Positions 9,601-18,360 of a DNA stretch of 64,000 bases are shown here, piece by piece. The stretch's first letter is position 1. Each line of letters starts with the position of its first letter. Made by a program: the position numbers and the translations under genes. The notes under the pieces are model-generated. The model was given only the letters and a program-made list of their open reading frames with translations. It searched no databases and was not told the DNA's origin. Source of the DNA: an uncultured Clostridia bacterium (GTDB lineage: Bacteria; Acidobacteriota; Blastocatellia; UBA7656); the NCBI GenBank assembly GCA_964615905.1, contig CAZTUB010000005.1, forward strand, positions 56,123 through 120,122. The letters are read 5' to 3'.

Positions 9601-10127
9601 TGACCGCCAACGCGATTATCGATCTTCCGTTCGGAAGAGGGCGACGGTTCTTTAACTCGAACGCGACGGCCGATAAGATCGTGGGCGGCTTCCAGCTGAA
9701 CTTTATCGTGAGCGCAAGGTCGGGCTATCCGTTCACGGTGGTCGACGGCAATAACGGCAACCGCCGCGCAACACTGATTGGCGACCCGTTCGCGAATGCT
9801 CCTCCTGGCCGTTTTCTCGACCCGGCTGCATTCACAGGGGGCGACATTCAGGTGACGAATGAGGCGGGCACGGTGATCGCTTTCGGCTCCCTCGGTCGCA
9901 ACACGTTCCGGGGACCGGGATTTGTTCGCACGGACATGTCGGTCTTCAAGAACACTGGCATTACTGAGAGAATCAAGATGCAGTTCGGCATGGAGTTCTT
10001 CAACCTGTTCAACCAGGCTCACTTCACCGTGCCGAATAACAACTTCAGGGACGTGGGCGCATTCGGTCGGTTCGACGCCGCGCTCCCCGGACGCGTCATT
10101 CAATATCGGTTGAAGATTCTCTTCTAA
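6651..10127 (+). CDS. TonB-dependent receptor with N-terminal carboxypeptidase-regulatory-like domain (acidobacterial type outer-membrane beta-barrel)
   Basis: RBS AGGTGAGG 9 nt upstream. Signal peptide, then CarbopepD_reg-like segment (TIVGTVTDASGAVVAGATVTVKNVNTGATRDVTTSDDGTYTV). Plug/TonB-box region. 1158 aa with terminal aromatic residue (...YRLKILF). Confidence 0.85.
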   Translation: MTNHCKTPMLKAWASVALLLVVFVLPSTAQTTKGTIVGTVTDASGAVVAGATVTVKNVNTGATRDVTTSDDGTYTVPLLDIGYYTVTAAAPGFQTVTRENIKLDIADRLPVDIELSASGSAEAVTVTAEAPIIQSESSERGSVISGREVTELPLNGRNFTQLATLTPGVSRVTIGTLSDARANNNGDPNAGGQGPGGGDSRGSTESARFARSGGAVLSANGQRPTNNNFSVDGVDNNEPQFGTIGVFVNPDAIAEFKVTTSIPPAEIGRAAGAVVNTSFKSGTNEFHGSLYYFGQNSALNAYHPILLRNRNDAIIRGDLVLPVKATQQTHEFGGTIGGPIIKDRTFFFFDYLGGRNNLPTPLGSTVPSAAVRMGDFSEYTNAVLDPRTGQPFPGNQIPENRLSPAARRFFDLFPLPTVARNNPGQFDNNFFATREVREVIDNFDIKIDHRLTANNALSGRYSYQDNSNVRGSFFEQVPAGFGAGNEVGNTRQIVITDTHSFSPTVLNDFRFGFTKIDIGILNCGVGGACGISESFSADLGIPNANDGSFEQSGSILVGGFGNGFVEFAGDGGPFIVNSKNPYFADTLTVIKGSHTWKIGGEVRLRYLETIDGGRTGGLKGNLSYADNGPATGANPNCPPGSGTPAACFVDANGIAFGGSGNALANILLADVAALQTFRGSVPGGAFNLRSQEWGLFIQDDWKVSDRLTLNLGLRYDLFPSSTEADGRLGNFSIDERRVILADGSGDRLIETDKNNFGPRIGFAYAVGPEKKMVVRGGYGLLYTLDATDRPPLVQNPPFTNSVGFNNAFDASTPRSVFNLDTGPPDVPVVDPNNIPVAVRVFYADPEQIIASVHQFNLGIQYQFANDWAFDIGYVGNRSKHLLATRDIGGGGTAQARNAAGQFIAASAYENRASAQYDSLQMQLQKRLSHYVQGQISYTWSHNIDDSTGVFQGIGEGRGSVGGPQDPFCLRCERGNSALDVRHLMTANAIIDLPFGRGRRFFNSNATADKIVGGFQLNFIVSARSGYPFTVVDGNNGNRRATLIGDPFANAPPGRFLDPAAFTGGDIQVTNEAGTVIAFGSLGRNTFRGPGFVRTDMSVFKNTGITERIKMQFGMEFFNLFNQAHFTVPNNNFRDVGAFGRFDAALPGRVIQYRLKILF

Positions 10128-10195
10128 GCTGCGAAGTTTTAGCCATAAGGGCCTGAAGCGATAGCAATCGGGCTATCGCTTCAAGCTCCTGTTTA

Positions 10196-10231
10196 GCGAC
10201 CGGGGCGGGTGCGCGACCGGTCGCTTTTTTG
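10196..10231 (+). terminator. Rho-independent terminator after the TonB-dependent receptor gene
   Basis: GC-rich hairpin including the 12-bp perfect palindrome GCGACCGGTCGC (10213-10224), followed by TTTTTT (10225-10230). A second hairpin AGCGATAGC..GCTATCGCT lies at 10157-10180. Confidence 0.6.
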
Positions 10232-10275
10232 TTAGAATCGAAGTGGCTCTCCGCGTACCTAATCTTATTGGAAGT

Positions 10276-11877
10276 ATGAAAGCTCGGTCGTTTCAACTCA
10301 TCGCATCGATCCCGGTCCTGGCCGTCATGGCTTTAGGGCAGCCTCAAATTGCACAAAATCAAAACCCCAACATACAAAACTCGCAAAACCAGAACCAGAA
10401 CCTGCCGAATCAAGCCGTGCGCTCGCACGTCGAGCGGTTCTCGTCGCCTGAGTCTTTAGCCGAGCGCGACGAGACGGAAGCGGCCGCGAAGCTTTCGAAA
10501 AATCCTTCGGACGCGGAAGCGCTCAACGCGCGGGCGCACGCGCGAATGAGGCTGGGCCGTTACCAGGAAGCCCACGAAGATTTGCGGCGAGCGGTCTCGC
10601 TCAAACCCGCGAACGCCGATTATCACGCCAATCTCGGTTACGTGCTCTGGAAGATAGGGCGCGCGGCTGAGGCGATAGCCGCCGAGCGCGCCGCGTTAAA
10701 GCTCGACGAAAGGAACTTCACGGCGAATTATCAACTGGGCCGCTTCCTGTTGCTGACGGGCGACCCGAAGCTCTTGCAGGAAGCGGCATCGCTGCTGCGT
10801 CGCGCGCTTGAGATAGACCCGCGCCGGTCGGAGGTGCGGTTCGATCTGCTTACGACATATCGCGCGCTCGGCGACGCGCCGAACGCAATCGCGCAGTTGA
10901 ACCTCTTGCAGGACGCGCGGCCCGCGGACGCTCGCGTGACCTACGCCGAAGCGTTGCTTGCTTCCGACCGTGGAGATATGAACGCGGCCGTCAACGGATT
11001 CCGGCAGGCGCTCGCGCTCGATCAATCGCTTCACGGCGCGCTGCAAGACCTGGGGCTCGCCTTAATAAAGCTGAACCGCTGGGCCGAAGCCGTCGAAGCC
11101 TTCGCGGACCTCTCGCGCCGCAGGTCGGATTCGGTCGAGGCGGCTTACTTTCACGCCATCGCGCTCTTTAACGCGGGCAGGGTCAAAGAAGCCGAAGGCG
11201 AGACCCGCCGCGCATTGCGGCTCGACGCGGGCGCGGCTGCCGCTCACACTTTGCTTGGGATAATTCTGGCATCGCGAGGCGGTTCCGACACTGAGGCTAC
11301 GGAATCGCTGACGCAAGCCGTCGCGCTCGACCCTGCGAGCTTTGACGCGCAGTTTTACCTGGGCCGCGTACAGTACGCCTCGCTCGATCACGATGCGGCG
11401 GTGAAATCACTACGCGCAGCGGTTAAGATCAACCCAAAGCACTCGGACGCGCGTTTCTTTCTAGGCACGGCGCTTGAAGCAGCAGGCGACTCGGAAGCCG
11501 CGATGGTCGAGTATCAAGAACTGGTTCGACTCGCGCCCGATTCGGCCAACGGTCAGACGGGCCTTGGCGCGCTGCTTGTCAAGCAAGGGAAGCTCGACGA
11601 AGCGATAGCCGCGCTCAGGCGGGCGACTTCGCTCGACCCCAGAAGCTTTGAAGCGCACTGGGCGCTCGGGCGCGCGCTCGCGCTCGCGGAAAAGTACACC
11701 GAGGCAATCGAGGCTTTTCAGGTCGCGGTTCAACTTATACCCGACCGCGCCGACGCGCACTATCAACTTGGCCTGGCGTTACGACGCGCAGGGCGCAAAG
11801 ACGAAGCCGCGCGCGAGTTCGAAACCGTCGAGCGCATCAACGCCGAATTCCGCGCACGGTCGAAGGGGATGAAGTAG
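10276..11877 (+). CDS. Tetratricopeptide (TPR) repeat protein, secreted
   Basis: ATG at 10276 gives a signal-peptide-like MKARSFQLIASIPVLAVMALG. Multiple 34-aa TPR-like units (A..A..LG/YY.LG patterns). The GTG start at 10243 in the track sits only 12 nt after the terminator T-tract and is less likely. Confidence 0.7.
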   Translation: MKARSFQLIASIPVLAVMALGQPQIAQNQNPNIQNSQNQNQNLPNQAVRSHVERFSSPESLAERDETEAAAKLSKNPSDAEALNARAHARMRLGRYQEAHEDLRRAVSLKPANADYHANLGYVLWKIGRAAEAIAAERAALKLDERNFTANYQLGRFLLLTGDPKLLQEAASLLRRALEIDPRRSEVRFDLLTTYRALGDAPNAIAQLNLLQDARPADARVTYAEALLASDRGDMNAAVNGFRQALALDQSLHGALQDLGLALIKLNRWAEAVEAFADLSRRRSDSVEAAYFHAIALFNAGRVKEAEGETRRALRLDAGAAAAHTLLGIILASRGGSDTEATESLTQAVALDPASFDAQFYLGRVQYASLDHDAAVKSLRAAVKINPKHSDARFFLGTALEAAGDSEAAMVEYQELVRLAPDSANGQTGLGALLVKQGKLDEAIAALRRATSLDPRSFEAHWALGRALALAEKYTEAIEAFQVAVQLIPDRADAHYQLGLALRRAGRKDEAAREFETVERINAEFRARSKGMK

Positions 11878-11897
11878 AAGGGCGTGAAGTAGAAGAC

Positions 11898-13586
11898 ATG
11901 AAGCACCGATCTCACACGGCATTTCTGGCGGCCCTGTTTCTCTTGATAGCGGCCGACTTTTCGCCCGCGCAACGGCAGGACGCAAAGCGCAAGCCCGCAG
12001 CGGCCGCGCCTTCGTCCGCGAGCCGCGCATCCGCTACCTCCAACGCGAATCCCAACGCGAATCCCGACGGGCTGAGCCCGGCTGCGCGCGCAGCGCTCGA
12101 TAAAGCGGTAGCCGCTTTGCAATCAAACCAGCTTGCCGAAGCTGAGAAGGCGGCGCGCGCGGCAGTAGCAGCCGCCCCTCGCTCCGCCGTCACGCATAAC
12201 CTGCTCGGAGTTGTGCTCGACCGCGCTGGTCGCAGGCAGGAGGCGTACGCAGAGTTCAACCTGGCGATCCAGATCGACGCCAATTTTGTGAGCGCGCGCA
12301 ACAACCTCGGACGGTTTCTGGCCGAGCATGGGCGCACGGCAGAGGCAATAGCCGAGTTCGAGCGCGTGCTGAAGATAGACCCGCGACACACGCAGGCACA
12401 TTACAACCTCGGCGCTCTCTACGGCGACGGGCAGGACTTCAAGCGGGCGGCGGATCACTTTGCGCGCGCGCGCGAGGCCGCGCCCAATGACCCGCAGCTC
12501 GCGCTCGCCTTCTTGAACGTCGCTTATCGAGCCGGGCGCGAAGGCGAAGCTGACGCGGCTGCAGACCTTGTCGAGCAAGCTGTCGCGAAGGATGCGCGCG
12601 CCCTCTTCACGCTCGCTACCGCGCTTGCGCAGAATGAAAAATACGAGCGCGCGGCAAAGCTTTACACGGCCGTAAACCAGATGCGGCCTCGCACCTTCGA
12701 GGTGCTTTATAATCTCGGAATCGCGCTATTTAACCTTGATCGAAATGAAGAGGCCATGCGCGCGCTGGCCGAGGCTGCCGACGTCAACCCCGGCCCGGCC
12801 GAGACGCATTTTCGTCTGGGCTTGATCGCTAGCGGGCGCAACGATCATCCGAACGCTGTCGAAGAGTTCAAGCACGCAGTTGATCGCGACGGCAATCGCG
12901 CAGAGTACCGCTACATGCTTGGGCGCGAATATTTCCGTGTAGGCTACTGGGAGGGAGCAATCGAGCAGTACGGGCAGGCGATGCGGCTCGACCCTAAGAA
13001 TGCGGCTTACGTGCTCGCGCGCGCCAACGCTTATTACCGCAAAGGCGAGTGGACCGCTTCGGCAGACGACTTCGAAGCAGCCGCCGCGCTCGATGCCAAA
13101 ATCGAGAACCTCGATTACCTGCTCGGTTACGCGCATCGCGCGGCCGGCAATTTCACCCGCGCCCGCGAGTACCTTGATCGCTTCACCGCAAAGAACCCTG
13201 ACCACGTGGACGCGCTGGCTAATCTCGGCTACGTAGCGATAGAACAGGGTCGGCTTGAAGAGGCCGAAGCGCCGCTCAAGCGCGCCCTTACTCTTGCGCC
13301 GGACAATGTCCCGGTGCTTTACGATTACGCGCGGCTCGCCATAAAGCGGCGCGACTATGCCGAAGCGGTCGAGCGGTTGGAGCGCGTCATCGCGCGAAAC
13401 CCGACGCACACGCAGGCGCATTACCAGCTCTTTCTTGCCTACTCGCGTCTCAGGCAGACAGACAAGGCGCAGGCGCAACTCGCCGAATTCAAGCGGCTCG
13501 AAGCGTTAGAAAAGCAGGTCCGGCAAGAGCGCATTATGGACGAGCGGCTGCGCACGCAGCAGATGCTCGGCCAGCCCAACCAATAG
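11898..13586 (+). CDS. Tetratricopeptide (TPR) repeat protein, secreted
   Basis: Signal peptide MKHRSHTAFLAALFLLIAADFSPA. Many TPR units (AHYNLG.., EAI..F..AL.LDP..). Confidence 0.7.
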   Translation: MKHRSHTAFLAALFLLIAADFSPAQRQDAKRKPAAAAPSSASRASATSNANPNANPDGLSPAARAALDKAVAALQSNQLAEAEKAARAAVAAAPRSAVTHNLLGVVLDRAGRRQEAYAEFNLAIQIDANFVSARNNLGRFLAEHGRTAEAIAEFERVLKIDPRHTQAHYNLGALYGDGQDFKRAADHFARAREAAPNDPQLALAFLNVAYRAGREGEADAAADLVEQAVAKDARALFTLATALAQNEKYERAAKLYTAVNQMRPRTFEVLYNLGIALFNLDRNEEAMRALAEAADVNPGPAETHFRLGLIASGRNDHPNAVEEFKHAVDRDGNRAEYRYMLGREYFRVGYWEGAIEQYGQAMRLDPKNAAYVLARANAYYRKGEWTASADDFEAAAALDAKIENLDYLLGYAHRAAGNFTRAREYLDRFTAKNPDHVDALANLGYVAIEQGRLEEAEAPLKRALTLAPDNVPVLYDYARLAIKRRDYAEAVERLERVIARNPTHTQAHYQLFLAYSRLRQTDKAQAQLAEFKRLEALEKQVRQERIMDERLRTQQMLGQPNQ

Positions 13587-13616
13587 CGTTGGTCGCTTTT
13601 CGAGAAATGAGGATAC

Positions 13617-14378
13617 ATGAAACGTAGTTTGATTTTGTTAGGATTTATACTCGTATTGTGCGGAGTTGCGTCAGGACAGAGAGTTTTAGACAAGCCTTTC
13701 AACCAGTGGTCAAAGAGCGAAGCTAATAAGATTTTGAATGACTCGCCGTGGGTCAAGACGCGCGAGATACGTGTCGCCGTAAAACAGGGCAAGCGCCACG
13801 TCGCCGGGATGACCGCGAGTTCCGTAGAAGAACAGCGAGCGAACAAGGCCGAGCTTGGCGGAGCCAATGCGCCTGTAGATTTCAAAGTGACGCTTCGCCT
13901 GCGCTCCGCGCTCCCCGTCCGACAGGCGCTCGTCCGGCTCCGTCAGATCGAAGCGAAGTATGACAGTATGAGCGCGAGCGACCGCGCCGCGTTCGATGAA
14001 AAGATAAAGGGGCTGATGGAGTGCCCCGCCTGCGCGCAGAACTACGTCATCACCATTAGCGCGAAGTCTTCGAATGAACCTGGAGCCGATCCCGTATTCG
14101 AGATTTTAAAAGGCGCGACCTTGCCCGCTATCAAACAGTACATATATATCGCGAACGAGCGCGGCGAGCGGCGCGAGCTTGTACACTTCGTGCCGCCAAA
14201 GGCGGGCGGCGAGGAGGCTATGTTCTTCTTCGAGCGGCTGGACGAAGAAGACCGCCCGTTGCTCAGGCGGGGCGATAAGAAACTGATCTTCCGCATGAGC
14301 GACAAGGACGCGGGCGCGGTCACGAACTTTGAGTTCGACCTGAGCGAGCTTATGGTCAACGGCGAGATCGCCTTCTGA
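13617..14378 (+). CDS. Hypothetical exported protein (253 aa)
   Basis: RBS GAGGA and signal peptide MKRSLILLGFILVLCGVASG. Conserved-looking N-terminal block NQWSKSEANKILNDSPW. No family recognised with certainty. Confidence 0.5.
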   Translation: MKRSLILLGFILVLCGVASGQRVLDKPFNQWSKSEANKILNDSPWVKTREIRVAVKQGKRHVAGMTASSVEEQRANKAELGGANAPVDFKVTLRLRSALPVRQALVRLRQIEAKYDSMSASDRAAFDEKIKGLMECPACAQNYVITISAKSSNEPGADPVFEILKGATLPAIKQYIYIANERGERRELVHFVPPKAGGEEAMFFFERLDEEDRPLLRRGDKKLIFRMSDKDAGAVTNFEFDLSELMVNGEIAF

Positions 14379-14401
14379 AAACCGATACCGAGAAAGACCG
14401 G

Positions 14402-16267
14402 ATGAAAAAATTGAAGCTATCTGTGCAGGCAGGTCTGCTTGTCACGCTGCTGTCGCTTGCCGCGCAGGCCGCCGCCCCGGAAGTCCTGAAGGTAGAGCCG
14501 CCTAACTGGTGGGCGAGCCATTCCATAAACCCAGTCCGTGTGATGATACAAGGGCGCAACCTCGCTTCCGCTCGCGTCGAAGCGGTGGGAGCCGGGCTTG
14601 AGATAGGCGAAACGAAGCCGAGCGGCTCAGGCAATTACATCTTCGTCGATGTGAAGATAAGCCCGCGTGCGGCGGCTGGTCGCCGCGTGCTCAGGATCAT
14701 AACTTCGAGCGGCACCGCCGACGCAAGCTTTGAAATCTCGCCGCCCCTTGCCCGTCAGAACCGGTTTCAAGGATTCACGACAGGCGACGTGATCTATTTC
14801 ATCATGCCCGACAGGTTCAGCGACGGAGACGCCGCAAATAATAACCCCGCCGAATCTCCCGGCATGTACTCGCGCTCGAACCCCCGCGCATACCACGGCG
14901 GCGATCTTCAAGGCATCATCAACCGGCTGGGGTGGCTCAAGCAGCTTGGCATCACGGCCATCTGGACCACGCCTGTCTATGACAACACTTCGCGCATTCG
15001 CGATTATGAATGGGGCAAGCAAGTTACAGATTATCACGGGTACGGCACGGTCGATTTTTACCGTGTCGAAGAACATCTGGGCTCGCTCGCGCTTTACAGA
15101 GAACTGGTTGACCGCGCGCACGCGCTCGGCATAAAGGTGATTCAAGATCAGGTCGCGAATCACACGGGACCGGATCACCCGTGGGCTAAAGACGCGCCTA
15201 CGGAGACCTGGCTTAACGGCACGCTCGAAAAGCACCTGAACAACATCTATGACATCAAGTCGCTGACGGTGCCGAACCCGGACCGTGAGAGGTACGAAGC
15301 GACACTGCGCGGCTGGTTCGGGAACTCCTTGCCGGACATAAACCATGATGACGCGGAAGCCGCCCGCTACGTTATTCAAAACGCCGTGTGGTGGGTCGAG
15401 ATGACCGGACTTGACGGGATACGGCAGGACACCTTTCCTTACGTGCCGCGCAGGTTCTGGCCCGGCTGGAACCAGTCGCTCAAGCGCGCCTTCCCTCGCC
15501 TGACAGTCGTAGGTGAGGTCTTCGATCAAAGGCCGGAAGTAGTCTCTTTCTTTCAAGGCGGCAAGGCGCGATTTGACGGGATCGACACGGAGCTTTATAC
15601 GGTATTCGATTTCCCAAGCTACTTCGCGATGCGCGATGTCTTTATCAGAAACCACCCCATCAAGCGGCTCGCGGAGGTACTTGCCCAGGACCACCTTTAC
15701 ACGAACCCGCGCGTGCTTGTGACCTTTCTGGGCAACCACGACGTGACGCGCTTCGTAAGCGAGCAGGGCGCGCGAGACGAAGGGCTGATGCTCGCGTTCA
15801 CATACTTGCTCACGATGCGCGGGACTCCGCAGATATACTCAGGCGACGAGATTGGCCTCGAAGGGCGCGACGATCCCGACAACCGGCGCGACTTTCCGGG
15901 CGGGTTTCCCGGCGACACCCGCAGCGCGTTTGACGACGAGGGGCGCACGCCGAGAGAGCGCAAAATATTCAACCACGTCAAAGAGCTAACACGGCTGCGC
16001 GCGCGCCACCCCGCGCTTCGCGAAGGCGATATGCGCGTAGTTGTCGCGACCGACACGAGCCTGGCTTACCTGAGAGAGACGCCGCGCGAGCGCGTGATGG
16101 TCGCCATCAACAATTCGGGGAGCGCGGCCGAGATCGAAGCGCCCGTCCCTGCCGCGACACGCGTATGGGTCGAAGCTTCGAGCGGGCGGCTGCGATTAAG
16201 GCCTTCCGAAGGACGGATACGAATACCGCTCAAGGCGCGGGATTCTATTGTTTTAGTCGAGCGATAA
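14402..16267 (+). CDS. GH13 alpha-amylase family enzyme (cyclomaltodextrinase/neopullulanase-like, with N-terminal Ig-like domain), secreted
   Basis: Signal peptide. GH13 conserved regions: DVIYFIMPDRFSDGD, GIKVIQDQVANHTG (region I), GLDGIRQDT (nucleophile Asp region II), VVGEVFD (acid/base Glu region III), FLGNHD (region IV). Confidence 0.9.
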   Translation: MKKLKLSVQAGLLVTLLSLAAQAAAPEVLKVEPPNWWASHSINPVRVMIQGRNLASARVEAVGAGLEIGETKPSGSGNYIFVDVKISPRAAAGRRVLRIITSSGTADASFEISPPLARQNRFQGFTTGDVIYFIMPDRFSDGDAANNNPAESPGMYSRSNPRAYHGGDLQGIINRLGWLKQLGITAIWTTPVYDNTSRIRDYEWGKQVTDYHGYGTVDFYRVEEHLGSLALYRELVDRAHALGIKVIQDQVANHTGPDHPWAKDAPTETWLNGTLEKHLNNIYDIKSLTVPNPDRERYEATLRGWFGNSLPDINHDDAEAARYVIQNAVWWVEMTGLDGIRQDTFPYVPRRFWPGWNQSLKRAFPRLTVVGEVFDQRPEVVSFFQGGKARFDGIDTELYTVFDFPSYFAMRDVFIRNHPIKRLAEVLAQDHLYTNPRVLVTFLGNHDVTRFVSEQGARDEGLMLAFTYLLTMRGTPQIYSGDEIGLEGRDDPDNRRDFPGGFPGDTRSAFDDEGRTPRERKIFNHVKELTRLRARHPALREGDMRVVVATDTSLAYLRETPRERVMVAINNSGSAAEIEAPVPAATRVWVEASSGRLRLRPSEGRIRIPLKARDSIVLVER

Positions 16268-16293
16268 CGGGCCAAAATCACGCTGTTTTGACT

Positions 16294-16322
16294 TTGACAA
16301 AGCTCGCATAAGTAGATACAAC
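16294..16322 (+). promoter_or_regulatory. Candidate sigma70-like promoter for the second GH13 gene (TTGACA, 17-nt spacer, TACAAC)
   Basis: TTGACA at 16294-16299 and TACAAC at 16317-16322 with an exact 17-nt spacer, in the 158-bp gap between the tandem GH13 genes. Confidence 0.35.
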
Positions 16323-16449
16323 AAAGGTGCTACCGATCTGATTCAGGGGATGCGGCGCGCATCAGCAGTACCATTCAATCATCAATCATCAGGGTCCAGG
16401 TGCGTAGCGTCTTTCGGCATTCGCTTTGTTTCCCGGTTCCGCGAAGGAT

Positions 16450-18360
16450 ATGGTAAAGCCAATTAGATTATCTAAAGCCCGTTTTTTCTCCGCGCTGTCA
16501 GTCGCGTTGTTGCTGATCTCCGCCTCGCACGCGCTTGCGCAAACCGCCCCGGAAGTCCTGAAGGTAGAGCCGCCCAACTGGTGGGCGAACCATTCCATAA
16601 ATCCAGTCCGTGTGATGATACGAGGGCGCAACCTCGCTTCCGCCCGCGTCACGACCGCAGGCCAGGGCTTGCGCGTTGTGGGAGCGCCGAAGGTCAACCC
16701 GGCCGGCACATATCTTTTCGTAGACGTAATGATTGCTCCGGCGGCGCGACCGGCAATGCGCAAGCTCAAGATCACGACGCCGAGAGGGAGCGCAGAGGCG
16801 GATTTTGAAATCACGGCTCCGCTTGCGCGCCGGGGTCGATTTCAAGGGGTGACGACCGACGACGTTATCTACTTGCTGATGCCCGACCGCTTTAGCAACG
16901 GCGACACTACGAACGACGACCCGGCGAAATCGCGCGGGCTGCTCGACCGCTCGAAGGCCCGGTACTATCACGGCGGCGACCTTCGCGGAGTCATCAACCG
17001 GCTGCCTTATCTAAAAGACCTCGGCGTAACGGCGATATGGCTGAACCCGTGGTACGACAACAACGACGGGCTCAACGAGCGCGAGATGCCCGAAGGCAAG
17101 CCTATCACCGATTATCACGGTTACGGCGCGATAGATTTTTACGGCGTCGATGAGCACTTCGGCGACATGGCAATCCTGCGCGAGATGGTCGAGAAAGCGC
17201 ACGCGCTCGGCATAAAGGTGATTCAAGATCAGGTCGCCAATCACACGGGGCCTTATCACCCGTGGGTCAAAGAGACGCCGCTCGCGGACTGGTTTAACGG
17301 GACCGAAGCCAGCCACATCAACGAGACGTGGCAGACCTGGACGCTGCAAGACCCGCACGCGACCCCTGAGATCCAGCGGCCCATACTCGACGGATGGTTT
17401 ATCAACATACTCCCCGATCTCAACCAGAACAATCCTGAGGTTGCGCGCTACATCATACAGAACACGCTTTGGTGGGTCGGTATGACGGGACTCGACGCGA
17501 TCCGCCAGGACACGCTGCCGTACGTGCCGCGCTGGTTCTGGCGAGATTGGGTGACGGCGATCAAGCGCGAGTACCCGAACGTCAACGTGATAGGCGAGAC
17601 ATATGACGGCGACCCGGCGATAGTCTCGTTCTTTCAAGGCGGCGAGAAACGATTCGACGGCATCGATTCGCGAATCGACACTGAATTCGACTTCCCGCTC
17701 TTTTACCCCATACGCTCGGCTTTTGCTCAGGGCGAAACGATCAAGACGATCCCGCAGATGCTTGCGCGTGACCACCTATATCCGAACGCCGACGTGCTCG
17801 TCCCTTTTTTGGGGCTGCACGACATGCTCCGCTTTATGAGCGAGAAGGACGCGACCCGCGAAGGCTTGATGCTTGCGCAGACGCTTATCATGACGACGCG
17901 CGGGACTCCTTTGATCTACTACGGCGACGAGATAGCGATGGAGGGCGGGGGCGACCCCGACAACCGGCGCGATTTTCCGGGTGATTTTCCGGGCGACAGG
18001 CGAAACGCTTTTACCGAGACGGGACGCACGAAAGACGAGCGGGAGGTCTTCAATTACCTGCGGCGAGTCACGCGGCTTCGAGGCGAGCTTGAGCCGCTTC
18101 GTCGCGGGCGACTCGTGACGCTCGGCTTTACGGATCAACAGTACGCGTTTGCTCGCGCGACCGGGCGAGAGACTGTGATAGTCGTCTTTAACAACGCGAA
18201 GGATGACGCGGAGGTCGAGTTTGACATAGCGCCTTTAAAGCTAAAGCCGGGCGCGGCCTTTTCCGACAGGCTTGGGGTTGCGAAGCGCGTGACAATGGCC
18301 GGGACGATGATGAAAGTCGCCATGCCCGAGCGGTCGTCGAGCGTGTTGACCGTGCGGTGA
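16450..18360 (+). CDS. GH13 alpha-amylase family enzyme (tandem paralog of 14402..16267), secreted
   Basis: Same four GH13 regions (GIKVIQDQVANHTG, GLDAIRQDT, VIGETYD, FLGLHD). Signal peptide from the ATG at 16450 (MVKPIRLSKARFFSALSVALLLISASHALA). A TTG at 16426 is an alternative start. Confidence 0.9.
   Translation: MVKPIRLSKARFFSALSVALLLISASHALAQTAPEVLKVEPPNWWANHSINPVRVMIRGRNLASARVTTAGQGLRVVGAPKVNPAGTYLFVDVMIAPAARPAMRKLKITTPRGSAEADFEITAPLARRGRFQGVTTDDVIYLLMPDRFSNGDTTNDDPAKSRGLLDRSKARYYHGGDLRGVINRLPYLKDLGVTAIWLNPWYDNNDGLNEREMPEGKPITDYHGYGAIDFYGVDEHFGDMAILREMVEKAHALGIKVIQDQVANHTGPYHPWVKETPLADWFNGTEASHINETWQTWTLQDPHATPEIQRPILDGWFINILPDLNQNNPEVARYIIQNTLWWVGMTGLDAIRQDTLPYVPRWFWRDWVTAIKREYPNVNVIGETYDGDPAIVSFFQGGEKRFDGIDSRIDTEFDFPLFYPIRSAFAQGETIKTIPQMLARDHLYPNADVLVPFLGLHDMLRFMSEKDATREGLMLAQTLIMTTRGTPLIYYGDEIAMEGGGDPDNRRDFPGDFPGDRRNAFTETGRTKDEREVFNYLRRVTRLRGELEPLRRGRLVTLGFTDQQYAFARATGRETVIVVFNNAKDDAEVEFDIAPLKLKPGAAFSDRLGVAKRVTMAGTMMKVAMPERSSSVLTVR

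Noticed and set aside
8808-10103. 431-aa minus-strand ORF
   Set aside because: Antisense to the C-terminal half of the TonB-dependent receptor, whose own frame shows beta-barrel features and a terminal aromatic residue.
12726-13478. 250-aa minus-strand ORF
   Set aside because: Antisense within the TPR protein gene.
14627-15739. 370-aa minus-strand ORF (and 17011..17775 likewise)
   Set aside because: Antisense to GH13 genes that carry all four conserved amylase regions.
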